NCBI GenBank assembly: GCA_048886685.1
Contig: JBHLKM010000006.1
Coordinates: forward strand, 96,001-160,000
Direction: 5' to 3'
Source: Candidatus Hodarchaeota archaeon
Lineage (GTDB): Archaea; Asgardarchaeota; Lokiarchaeia; Sigyniarchaeales; SOKP01
Length of the DNA: 64,000 nucleotides
Under the pieces are notes generated by a model. That model ran no database searches, was not told the origin of the DNA, and was given only the letters and a program-made list of their open reading frames with translations. A program made the position numbers and the translations under genes. Below are positions 40,023 to 49,599 of the stretch, in pieces (within the stretch, counting starts at the first letter, position 1; each line of letters opens with the position of its first letter).

Positions 40023-41194
40023 TATTTAGACACCTCCCTAATAACTCTTAAAATATCGTCGGGATGATGAAACACACCAACTTTGGGAACTTTTACTATC
40101 GGGATTTCGAGATTTGATACTCTTTCTACTTGTTCTGCTATAAATCCAGTATAATTTAATTCTGGTACTATAATCGCTTTAGCATTTTTGATAGCTTCTT
40201 TTACTTTTTCATCATGAAAGGGCCACACTGTTACTAATCTTAAGATTCCAACCTTAATTCCTTCTTTTCGAGCTATATCAACAGCACGATAACTCGTTCT
40301 CACAGGAAGGCCATATGAAATAATAACTATCTCTGCATCGTTTAATTTATATTCTTCGGTTATTGATATTTCATTAATATTGGTTTTTACTTTTTCAATC
40401 AACATTTCCATAAATCCTAACGCGTCACCTGTAGTAATTCCATCAGCATTATGAGGTTGATGAAGAAACATTACTGGACAATGATCTGTTCCTATTATTG
40501 GTGGTTTTGGGATAATATATTTCCCTGTACTGGTATCTTTATAGGAATATTTTCTACTCAAACTTTGAGGTAATTCACGACTAATAACTCTTTTTACTAT
40601 TTCTTCTTTAGGAGGAATATAGACACTTTCATGAAGATGTCCTAAATAGGCATCTGAGATAATAAATACTGGACATCGATAAGTTTCAGCAAAATTAAAT
40701 GCAGTTATTGTTAAATCAAAAAGTTCTTGACAGTTCATTGGTGCTAATGCAATAACTTGAAATTCTCCATGACCTGCAAAGCGGATTAGTCCTATATCGT
40801 TATGATGCGGATCAGTTACAGGTCCAGCACTACCCGGACCTATACGCTGAACATCGCAAAAGACAAATGGAATTTCTAGATTTGCCGCCATAGAAATTGT
40901 TTCTGTCATTAAAGATAATCCTGGTCCGGAAGTTGCTGTCATAGCTTTGGCACCCGCTAATGATGCGCCTATAACTGCGTTTATTGATGCTAATTCATCT
41001 TCCATTTGCATACAACACCCACCAACTTCAGGTAACCGTTTGGCGAGGTGTTCTATAGCCTCAGTAGAAGGTGTTATAGGGTAACCTCCAAAAAAATTCA
41101 AACCTGCAGCTAATGCGCCTTCCGCCATAGCTACATTTCCCATCATTACATGCTTTCCTTCTGATAAAAATCTTTTATCATTATTTATACTCAA
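40022..41194 (-). CDS. 2-oxoacid:ferredoxin oxidoreductase alpha subunit
   Basis: GYPITPSTE, QMEDELA, TATSGPG, VPELN. Confidence 0.92.
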   Translation of the reverse strand: MSINNDKRFLSEGKHVMMGNVAMAEGALAAGLNFFGGYPITPSTEAIEHLAKRLPEVGGCCMQMEDELASINAVIGASLAGAKAMTATSGPGLSLMTETISMAANLEIPFVFCDVQRIGPGSAGPVTDPHHNDIGLIRFAGHGEFQVIALAPMNCQELFDLTITAFNFAETYRCPVFIISDAYLGHLHESVYIPPKEEIVKRVISRELPQSLSRKYSYKDTSTGKYIIPKPPIIGTDHCPVMFLHQPHNADGITTGDALGFMEMLIEKVKTNINEISITEEYKLNDAEIVIISYGLPVRTSYRAVDIARKEGIKVGILRLVTVWPFHDEKVKEAIKNAKAIIVPELNYTGFIAEQVERVSNLEIPIVKVPKVGVFHHPDDILRVIREVSK

Positions 41195-41208
41195 TTTTTT
41201 CCACCTCG

Positions 41209-41484
41209 TTAAGTTTTAGCTTTCTCAGTTTGATCGTCCTCTCCCTCTTCTAACACATAAATGCACCAATCGGGACAGCAATATTCACAGCGTCTACATC
41301 CGGTACAGTATTTTTCCTTACCTTCTTTAACTTTAGGAACATAGGCAATTCTATAATTCAGTTCATCACTAAGTTCCAAGATTCCTGTCGGACATACAGC
41401 GACACACGCTCTACAACCACCACATCTATCTTTATTTAAAAAGAGTGAGAATCCTTTTTCATGTTTTTCAATTAATTTTGGAAT
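41209..41484 (-). CDS. 2x[4Fe-4S] ferredoxin, delta subunit of the 2-oxoacid oxidoreductase (missed by ORF track; no in-frame ATG)
   Basis: (I)PKLIEKHEKGFSLFLNKDRCGGCRACVAVCPTG...CTGCRRCEYCCPDWCI...KT*. Confidence 0.88.
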   Translation of the reverse strand: MPKLIEKHEKGFSLFLNKDRCGGCRACVAVCPTGILELSDELNYRIAYVPKVKEGKEKYCTGCRRCEYCCPDWCIYVLEEGEDDQTEKAKT

Positions 41485-41624
41485 TTTTCATCAACTTTCA
41501 GTTTATTTAATTATTGTAGGAAAATATTTCAATAATTATAAATTTCAATCTAATTTATATTAAGCTTATCTTAAACTTTTCAAATATAGTAAAAAAAGAT
41601 GGAATACTTTTTTCCTGTAAAATC

Positions 41625-42146
41625 TTATTCTCTTAATTCTTCAATAAGTTGGTTTTCTAAACCTCCAACTTTAAGAAGATTTAAAAGAATAGGATGTATT
41701 TTTGTACCTTTGAACTTTATACCCGTAGTCAAATTTATTACTTCTGCATTAGGAATATCAACCTTGACTTCTTCTCCAGTCTTAAAATGTTTAGAAATAT
41801 CATCAATTTCCAATACAGGGAAAGAGAGAGCAAACGAGGATCGATAAAATATTCGAGCAAATGATTCTGCAATTATGGCAACAATTCCTTTTTGTTGGAG
41901 AATTGTTGGCGCTGTTTCTCGACTTGACCCACATCCAAAATACCTTCCCGCTACTATGATATCACCTTCCTTTACCTTACTAGCAAAATCTTTATTTATC
42001 GTTTCACATGTATGTTCTGCCATTTCTTTTGGATCATTGATGTATTGACTAGGCGAAATAGCATCTGTATCTACATTATCCGGAAAAACCCATATATTAC
42101 CTTTTAAAACATCTCTATACTCTCTACCTTTTCTTGAAATTATCAA
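41625..42146 (-). CDS. 3-isopropylmalate dehydratase/homoaconitase small subunit (LeuD/HacB)
   Basis: DNVDTDAI, FGCGSSRE, AESFARIFYR. Confidence 0.9.
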   Translation of the reverse strand: MIISRKGREYRDVLKGNIWVFPDNVDTDAISPSQYINDPKEMAEHTCETINKDFASKVKEGDIIVAGRYFGCGSSRETAPTILQQKGIVAIIAESFARIFYRSSFALSFPVLEIDDISKHFKTGEEVKVDIPNAEVINLTTGIKFKGTKIHPILLNLLKVGGLENQLIEELRE

Positions 42147-42153
42147 TCACCTT

Positions 42154-43422
42154 TTAAAAATATCTCGGATCAGCTATTTCTCCTTTCAATGCAGAAGCAG
42201 CTACAGTCGCTGGCGATCCTAAATACACTTTTGAATTAATACTTCCCATTCGACCCTGAAAATTCCTATTTGAGCTAGAAATGCATATTTCACCGGGACC
42301 AAGAATGCCTCCTTGACCACCAAAACAGGCACCACAACTAGGGTTGGTGATAATGGCACCCGCATTTATTAAAACTTCAGCAATACCGGATTTAGCAGCG
42401 TCTAACCAGATCATTTTTGAGGCTGGTGTAATAATCATTCGAACATCTCTATGAATTTCTTTTCCATCTAAAATCTTTGCTGCAACCTCTAAATCTTCAT
42501 ATCTCCCATTTGTACAAGAACCTAAAAAAGCTTGATTTATTTTTGTACCTTCTACATCAGAAACAGATTTTACATTATCAATTGTATGTGGACAAGAAAC
42601 TTGAGGGCTTAAATCATTAACATCCATTTCATATATTTTTTCATATATCGCATTATCATCAGGTTTTACTAACTCGAAGGATTCCTTGGTTCTCTTTTTA
42701 ACCCAATCAATCACTTTCTGATCAGGAACCCCAAATGCAAATTTTGCCCCTAATTCTAAAGAAAAATTAGACATTGTCATTCGAGAAGAAATACTTAATT
42801 TTTCCATTGTATTTCCAGTAAATTCTATTGACTTGTAGTTAGCAACTTCAGCAGAATAATCTCCTGCAATTTTGATGATAATATCTTTACTCATCACGTT
42901 ATGAGGAAGATTGCCAGAGATATTGAATTTTATTGTATGGGGAATTCTAAACCATAACTCTCCTTTCACATAGGCATAAAAAAGATCAGTATTCCCAACA
43001 CCACAACTTGCTGCATTAAACGCTCCATATGTTGTAGTATGGCTATCTCCTCCTACTATTAGCATTCCTGGTTTAACATGACCTTTTTCAGGTAGAACCT
43101 GATGGCAAATACCTTCTCTGATATCATAAAAATTAGCAATTTCTTGCTTCTTGACAAATTTTCGAATCATATCGTGAATAGCAGCCCATCTTTCAGTTGG
43201 AGCAGGATTGTAGTGGTCAAATAACACAACAATTTTATTCGGATCAAATACTTTTCTTTTTTTAGGAGATTTAATTTTGTTAAAATCTAAAGATACCTTG
43301 GCAGTACCAAAATGACTCATAATAAGATCGATTTTTGCATTTATAATATCACCTGGTTTGATTTTATCACCTGAAAGATTATGTGCTAATAAAATCTTTT
43401 CTGCAATTGTTTTTCCTGTCAT
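42154..43422 (-). CDS. 3-isopropylmalate dehydratase/homoaconitase large subunit (LeuC/HacA)
   Basis: DSHTTTYGA, GSCTNGR, CGACFG, NRNFQGRMG. Confidence 0.92.
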   Translation of the reverse strand: MTGKTIAEKILLAHNLSGDKIKPGDIINAKIDLIMSHFGTAKVSLDFNKIKSPKKRKVFDPNKIVVLFDHYNPAPTERWAAIHDMIRKFVKKQEIANFYDIREGICHQVLPEKGHVKPGMLIVGGDSHTTTYGAFNAASCGVGNTDLFYAYVKGELWFRIPHTIKFNISGNLPHNVMSKDIIIKIAGDYSAEVANYKSIEFTGNTMEKLSISSRMTMSNFSLELGAKFAFGVPDQKVIDWVKKRTKESFELVKPDDNAIYEKIYEMDVNDLSPQVSCPHTIDNVKSVSDVEGTKINQAFLGSCTNGRYEDLEVAAKILDGKEIHRDVRMIITPASKMIWLDAAKSGIAEVLINAGAIITNPSCGACFGGQGGILGPGEICISSSNRNFQGRMGSINSKVYLGSPATVAASALKGEIADPRYF

Positions 43423-43457
43423 TATATAATCTCCAATTAAAATAATATAAAATTAAA

Positions 43458-44885
43458 TTATTCTATATATGTTGAAGCGATATTGTCCAACTGTTTCTGG
43501 AGGGACTCATCTATAGGTTTTACAGAAGACCTGTCAAGTAATTTAATGGCTTCCTCTTTTGCCCGTTTCCTTGCTGATTTAGATCCTTGTTCTCTCCATG
43601 AATCCCTTGTCATTCTGTCTATTATTGGGCTAGGAAGATATAATTCTTTTCTAAAATATTTTAAAGTAGATGGATGAGAAAGTAATTCTTCTTTATCCTT
43701 ATAATCCTGTAAAATTTCTGAGGCAAAAGGAGTTCCACGATCTTCAATTCCCTCAATCAGTCTTTTTACCATACCAATTATTTCATTATCGATAACAAGT
43801 TTTTCAATACTTTGGGTAGATTCAAAATCAAGCATTCCAGGCCCCGATATCATATTTATTCCCGCAAGACCCGCGAGTAAAGCACCCATTCCTGCTTCAA
43901 AACCTGCTTGGCTGTCTGGAACTTTAGAATCGCTCAAACTCATATAAGCATGTGTAGGTAATTTTAAGAATTTACCCATTTCAATATCTCCAAGATTAAT
44001 CATCATTGTTTCAATAGCACCCATTGGAGTAGTCCCATGTTTCATATCAAATACAGCAGGAGAGCCCCCCCAAATCAATGGAGCTCCTTGTTTTGCTAAT
44101 TGAACAATTACCACACCTGCAAGGCATTCAGCACAATGTTGAGTGATAGAACCAATTAGTGTAATTGGAGCACTCGCTCCTGCTAATGGCATTGACACAA
44201 ATTCAGAAGGTATCATGCTTTTTGCAGCATCAATCAGTGATTGTGTAGTTAGATCAGACCATTTTAATGGTGGACTGGGACACGCATCAAAAATAGCTAA
44301 TGGTTTTCGAGCTAAATCATCCTCTGAGTTTCTACATGCTAATAAGATCTCTCTCATAATAGAAAAACTTTCTTTTCTAAACGTCCCAGTCACTATAGGT
44401 TTATAACAATTAGATAATGCGAGATATAAACGATGCCAATCTTGAGCATCTTTCGGAACATCTTGATAGATCAATGCTGTACTTTGAGCTTCGATATATT
44501 TTAATTGTTCAACCACCTTAGAAAATTGAATAAAGTCTTTAGACTGCCCTGCTCTTATTTCTCCCGTATTTTCATCAAGTATAAAGATAGCGGCTGAACC
44601 AGGATCAAAATGGACCTGATCATCTTTTAGTGAAATATGCTCTTCTCCTTCTCTATCGAATAATGTAATTTGATGAGGAACTGAGTCTAAACATTTATCT
44701 ATCAAATCTGAGGGAATAAAATATCGTTCATCTTTATGATTTAAACCATGTTGGTTAAACATTTCGATTGATTGTTGATTTTCAATAAAAACTCCTTGAG
44801 TTTCTAAAATTGATTTAGCCTCCTCAAAAATTAATCTCTTATATTCATCATTTAATACACTAATTTTTGGTCTAATAATTGGCAT
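43458..44885 (-). CDS. MttB-superfamily methyltransferase, non-pyrrolysine type
   Basis: SPPL, GASAPITLIG, SDSKVPDSQAGFE; Leu (TTG) at the position occupied by Pyl in methanogen MttB. Confidence 0.88.
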   Translation of the reverse strand: MPIIRPKISVLNDEYKRLIFEEAKSILETQGVFIENQQSIEMFNQHGLNHKDERYFIPSDLIDKCLDSVPHQITLFDREGEEHISLKDDQVHFDPGSAAIFILDENTGEIRAGQSKDFIQFSKVVEQLKYIEAQSTALIYQDVPKDAQDWHRLYLALSNCYKPIVTGTFRKESFSIMREILLACRNSEDDLARKPLAIFDACPSPPLKWSDLTTQSLIDAAKSMIPSEFVSMPLAGASAPITLIGSITQHCAECLAGVVIVQLAKQGAPLIWGGSPAVFDMKHGTTPMGAIETMMINLGDIEMGKFLKLPTHAYMSLSDSKVPDSQAGFEAGMGALLAGLAGINMISGPGMLDFESTQSIEKLVIDNEIIGMVKRLIEGIEDRGTPFASEILQDYKDKEELLSHPSTLKYFRKELYLPSPIIDRMTRDSWREQGSKSARKRAKEEAIKLLDRSSVKPIDESLQKQLDNIASTYIE

Positions 44886-44909
44886 ATAAATACTCTTTAA
44901 TCTTTTTTT

Positions 44910-45788
44910 TTAAGTCAAATCAATTATTTTTCGGATTTCGCGAATAGTTTCTGGTGTTGTACCACAGCAACCACCAACTATTTTTACTCCTAAATTTATC
45001 ATTTCTTGAATATCTCGAACAAAATCTTTAATGGGTTGATCATAATATGTCTTAGTGCCTTCTATCCTTGGTTGTCCAGCATTAGGTTTTACGGAGATTG
45101 GCATATTAGTCATATCAACAGCTTGTTTAGCCAAATCAAGCATATCACCTGAACCAAGTGTACAATTTGTTCCAATCACATCTACCCTTTCGTTTTCTAG
45201 TGTATTTATGCATTTTTCTAAAGGGTCTCCCATGATTGTGAAGAATCCTCTCTTTGTTTTTTTATATGTTATTGAGGCAATAATAGGTTTATTTGAGATC
45301 TCTTTTACTGCTCGAATGGCGCTTAGCATTTCTTCTAAATCTGAAACGGTTTCAATATGAAATAAATCAACACCTTTTTCTAATAATTTTGTCTGAGTAG
45401 CAAAACTAGATTTCCAGTCTTCACTTGAGGCATTTCCTACTGGTGGACGAAATTTACCGGTAGGACCAATATCACCAACAATTAAACGTCCTGGAGGACA
45501 AGCTTTTTTAATGTTTTCTAACGCTTTCTCTATAATCTCATTGATTCTTTCTTCAAGGCCGTGCGTTCTTAAATTTAACGGGGTTGAGCCGAAAGTATTC
45601 GATTGACATATATCAGATCCTGCTTCATAATAAGATTTATGAATCTCTGTGACCATATCTGGTTTTTCTATATTTAATAAATCTGGAATCTTCCCTAGTT
45701 TCAACCCTTTTTGGATTAGCATTGAACCCATGGCTCCATCAAAAAGTATAATTTTTGAATCGTCCTCTAACCAATCGTTAAACAACAT
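44910..45788 (-). CDS. Homocysteine S-methyltransferase domain protein (stand-alone MetH N-terminal module)
   Basis: DGAMGS, GDIGPTG, GTNC, PNAGQP, GGCCGTTP. Confidence 0.9.
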   Translation of the reverse strand: MLFNDWLEDDSKIILFDGAMGSMLIQKGLKLGKIPDLLNIEKPDMVTEIHKSYYEAGSDICQSNTFGSTPLNLRTHGLEERINEIIEKALENIKKACPPGRLIVGDIGPTGKFRPPVGNASSEDWKSSFATQTKLLEKGVDLFHIETVSDLEEMLSAIRAVKEISNKPIIASITYKKTKRGFFTIMGDPLEKCINTLENERVDVIGTNCTLGSGDMLDLAKQAVDMTNMPISVKPNAGQPRIEGTKTYYDQPIKDFVRDIQEMINLGVKIVGGCCGTTPETIREIRKIIDLT

Positions 45789-45817
45789 TTATTTTCTTAC
45801 CTTTTTAGATATAATTT

Positions 45818-46465
45818 TTATTTATCTAGTAAAGATTTAACCAATTTTACAGCTTCTATCGCATTTTCTGCAAATCCATCTGCATTACATTCATTAACCC
45901 AGGAGCTTGTTACTGGAGCACCTCCTAATATAACCTTGAATTTATCAAGTAAATTTCGTTCTTTTAATAGTTCAATTATTTTTTTCTGACCAAACATGGT
46001 TGTTGTTAAAAGGGCAGAAACTCCAATGACATCTGCATCTTTTTCGATTGCGACATCGATAATTTTTTCAGCGGAAATATCTGTACCTAAATCAAAAACT
46101 GTAAATCCGTAAGCTCTTAACATTGTTCCGACGATAGTTTTTCCGATAGAATGAATATCTCCCTCTATTGTCGCAATTACAATCGTACCATGTGAAATTC
46201 CTTCTGTGCCTTTTTCTAAATGAGGAATAATTAAATCTAAACAATTTTGCATAATCTGTGCTCCTCTCATTAATTCAGGGAGGAAAAACTCACCTTCTTC
46301 CCATAATTCTCCAACCTTTCGAATGCCTGCTGCAAAACCTTTTTCAATAACATCCATTAAATTCATGTTATCCTCTATTGCCTTGTATGCTAATTCTACT
46401 GCTGTTTCTTCATCTAAATTAACAATAGAATCCACCATATCTTTAAAGATCTTTTCTTGAGACAA
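45818..46465 (-). CDS. Corrinoid (B12-binding) methyl-carrier protein
   Basis: GDIHSIGK, SALLTTT, GGAP. Confidence 0.92.
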   Translation of the reverse strand: MSQEKIFKDMVDSIVNLDEETAVELAYKAIEDNMNLMDVIEKGFAAGIRKVGELWEEGEFFLPELMRGAQIMQNCLDLIIPHLEKGTEGISHGTIVIATIEGDIHSIGKTIVGTMLRAYGFTVFDLGTDISAEKIIDVAIEKDADVIGVSALLTTTMFGQKKIIELLKERNLLDKFKVILGGAPVTSSWVNECNADGFAENAIEAVKLVKSLLDK

Positions 46466-46612
46466 TGCTATCGCTCTAAAAAAATAGTTAAATCATAAAA
46501 AAATATTATTTATTTTCATCTTGGAAATAAGAAAAACCTTATTGTTAAATAGAAAAAAATATTTGTTAAGCTTCTTTTTAGATTTTAATAGTATATTAGG
46601 AATACAAGTGAT

Positions 46613-47980
46613 TTGATGTCAAAAAAATTTTCAAAGGAACCACTTAGAGGAATGAGGGATTATTATCCTTCAGATTTGAGAGAATTTAACTGGATTATTG
46701 ATACATTACGAGACGTAGCAGAGAGATATGGTTATGAAGAATATGAAACGCCCCAAATAGAACCTATTGAAATATTTGCTGCTAAATCTTCTCAAGAACT
46801 AGTCAATGAGCAATCATTTATAGTGGAAAAAAAAAAAGGTGAGAAGCTAATATTAATCCCAGAACTTACTCCTTCTTTAGCTCGTATGGTAGCAAAAAAA
46901 AGTCAAGAACTCAAGAAGCCTATTAGATGGTTTTGTATTCCAACATGTTTCAGATATGAAAGACCTCAAAGAGGACGCCTTAGGGAATTTAAACAACCTA
47001 ATTTCGATATTTTAGGTGAAGAAAGTCTTTATGGTGAACTTGAAATCTTTAATATAATTGTAGACATTTTCACAGAATTTGGGGCCTCCCCAGAACAATT
47101 TAAAATTTATTATAATAGTCGACGTCTCGTCGATTCCATTCTAAATAATATACTCAAACTAAGTGAAGAAAAAATACCTCTAGTTTATAAAGTACTTGAT
47201 AAGTCTGATAAAATGGAAGAAGAGGAATATGAAAAATTTATTATCGACTCATTTCAGAATGAGGTAGATATTCAAAATATATTAAAATTAAAAGATGCAA
47301 ATAGTGTTGATGAATTATTGAAGCGATTTGATACTATTCCTGAGAAATTCTATGAATCTAAGGGATATCTTGAGTTTAATAAATTTGAAAAACTAATAAT
47401 GGAATCAGGTATATCTGATTATTGTAGTTTTTCTTCAAGTACGGTAAGAGGTCTTGATTATTATACAGGAATTATTTACGAAGTATTTGATACTGGAACA
47501 GAGAATAAAAGAAGCATATTTGGAGGGGGGAGATATGATGATCTTATCTCTTTATTTTCAGATGAAAAAATAACCGGTACTGGATTCGGTATGGGAGTAT
47601 ATACACTCTATTTATTTTTGGAGACATATAATTTAATTCCGAAAGATATCCAAGAGAAAGACTATTCAGATACAATTTATATCGCATCTATAAATGAAGA
47701 AGTATCTATGTATGCCATTAAACTTGCTCGAATTATTCGAGAAGAAGATTTTCCATGCATTATTGATTATAGATTTAAAAATCTCAAAAATCAATTAAAA
47801 AAAGCAAGTGAGTTAGGAGTCATGATTGCCTTAATTATTGGACCAGATGAAATGGAAAAAAATCGAGTAACTGTTAAAAATATGCTCACTGAAGAACAAA
47901 ATACTATATTAATTGACGATTTAATTGATGAAATTTATAGAATCATCGATGAATTTGAAGAATCTGAACCAGATCGATAA
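46613..47980 (+). CDS. hisS: Histidine--tRNA ligase
   Basis: RGMRDYYP, PELTPSLAR, FRYERPQRGRLREF, RGLDYYTG, GGGRYD. Confidence 0.96.
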   Translation: MMSKKFSKEPLRGMRDYYPSDLREFNWIIDTLRDVAERYGYEEYETPQIEPIEIFAAKSSQELVNEQSFIVEKKKGEKLILIPELTPSLARMVAKKSQELKKPIRWFCIPTCFRYERPQRGRLREFKQPNFDILGEESLYGELEIFNIIVDIFTEFGASPEQFKIYYNSRRLVDSILNNILKLSEEKIPLVYKVLDKSDKMEEEEYEKFIIDSFQNEVDIQNILKLKDANSVDELLKRFDTIPEKFYESKGYLEFNKFEKLIMESGISDYCSFSSSTVRGLDYYTGIIYEVFDTGTENKRSIFGGGRYDDLISLFSDEKITGTGFGMGVYTLYLFLETYNLIPKDIQEKDYSDTIYIASINEEVSMYAIKLARIIREEDFPCIIDYRFKNLKNQLKKASELGVMIALIIGPDEMEKNRVTVKNMLTEEQNTILIDDLIDEIYRIIDEFEESEPDR

Positions 47981-48031
47981 TAATTTATTTTACTTCTGTG
48001 GATATTATAATAAAAGATAATGTGAAGAAAT

Positions 48032-48952
48032 ATGTATTTCATTGAACACCTAATTCAATTAATCAAAGAAAAAAAAAGCGTAATCTCCATGGGATTAGAT
48101 CCTAGAATGGATAATGAAGGCGAAATCCCTCAATATCTTATCAATGAAATAAATGATCCAAATAAAATAATTTTGGAATTTAATAAAAGTTTAATAGAGA
48201 ATACTCATGAATTAATCCCTGTTGTTAAACCTCAAATTGCCTTTTACGAAAAATATGAAGCTCTAAGTGCTTTGAAAGAAACAATTAAATATGCTCACAA
48301 AAATGATCTATTGGTGATACTAGATGCAAAACGGAATGACATTGGTTCCACTTCAGAGGCATATGCTTATTCAATTTTTAATAATTATGACGCAGATGCT
48401 TGTACAATTAATGCTTACTTAGGAATTGATGGAGTTAAACCTTTTCTTAATTTTAAGGAGAAAGGGTTATTTGTTCTTGTAAAAACATCAAATCCAAGCA
48501 GCTCTGATTTTCAAGATTTATTTAGCACTAAGATAATTGGCGTTTCTAATGAAATTTCTGAGTATAAATGTAGCGAGCAAATTCTGAAAAGAAATTACAT
48601 CTTAATGGCGCAATTAGTTGAAGATTGGGCTTCTAGCTTAGATAAGTTTTCAAATTTTACAAATTTAGGGGCAGTAGTTGGGGCTACTTATTCCATAGAA
48701 TTAGAAAAAATACGAAAAATTATAAAAAGTTCCTTCATTCTAATTCCTGGTTATGGCGCACAAGGAGCTCAAGCAAAAGATATTAAATATGGATTCTACG
48801 AAAATGGGTTAGGTGCTATCGTGAACTCGTCTCGAGGAATAATTTATGCTTATAATAAAAAGAAGGAATATACACAACATGATTTTGGTAAGGCAGCTAA
48901 AGATGAGATAATTAAAATGAAGAACCTAATTAATAGAGAAATCGGTTTATAA
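48032..48952 (+). CDS. pyrF: Orotidine-5'-phosphate decarboxylase
   Basis: GLDP, KPQIAFYE, DAKRNDIGST, LVKTSNP, PGYGAQG, NSSRGI. Confidence 0.95.
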   Translation: MYFIEHLIQLIKEKKSVISMGLDPRMDNEGEIPQYLINEINDPNKIILEFNKSLIENTHELIPVVKPQIAFYEKYEALSALKETIKYAHKNDLLVILDAKRNDIGSTSEAYAYSIFNNYDADACTINAYLGIDGVKPFLNFKEKGLFVLVKTSNPSSSDFQDLFSTKIIGVSNEISEYKCSEQILKRNYILMAQLVEDWASSLDKFSNFTNLGAVVGATYSIELEKIRKIIKSSFILIPGYGAQGAQAKDIKYGFYENGLGAIVNSSRGIIYAYNKKKEYTQHDFGKAAKDEIIKMKNLINREIGL

Positions 48953-48967
48953 TGGAATATTGGAACC

Positions 48968-49396
48968 CTACATAACATTCCCAATATTTCTAAAAATTAA
49001 ATAATTAGCCCCAATAATGGGACCTAAAATTAACAATGTTAATATAAATGAACGTGCTAATCCAGGTTTATGAATAATATTAATAATATTTAGAACTAAG
49101 AACACTGAAAAAACAACGGCTAATGCTATTAACCACTCTTCAGGTCCTCTATAATCACAAAAAGGTTGTCCTTTACATTCCGCAATAGCTAAAAACATAT
49201 CGAGAAGCATTGGACTACATACAAATAAGGTTACCCCATATTGAATAAGGTAACTACCAGCAACCCATTTAAAATTTGTTTTCGATTCAGCTTTAGTTAT
49301 AGCTAAACCAATCTTTAAAATTACAATACCAGCAAATATCATTACGCCAGCGATAATGAAGGGGTAGTACTTATCCATTTCTGTTTGAAAAAACAT
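48968..49396 (-). CDS. Membrane protein
   Basis: Four hydrophobic segments. Confidence 0.65.
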   Translation of the reverse strand: MFFQTEMDKYYPFIIAGVMIFAGIVILKIGLAITKAESKTNFKWVAGSYLIQYGVTLFVCSPMLLDMFLAIAECKGQPFCDYRGPEEWLIALAVVFSVFLVLNIINIIHKPGLARSFILTLLILGPIIGANYLIFRNIGNVM

Positions 49397-49599
49397 AAAT
49401 ATCGATTATTAAACAAATATAATTTTAGATTTTAACAATTAAATTTATTTTTAAAATGATTTTTAACTCATTATATTATAAAAGATATAAAAAACATTTT
49501 TGATTTAAATTTATTTAATTAAAATAGAATATTTACATTTTCAATAAAAATCTATGTTATAGTGGAGGCAATTATAAAAATAGAAAGGTATGTTATGCA

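Noticed and set aside
43458-44885. Pyrrolysine-containing MttB
   Set aside because: No in-frame TAG; the equivalent codon is TTG (Leu).
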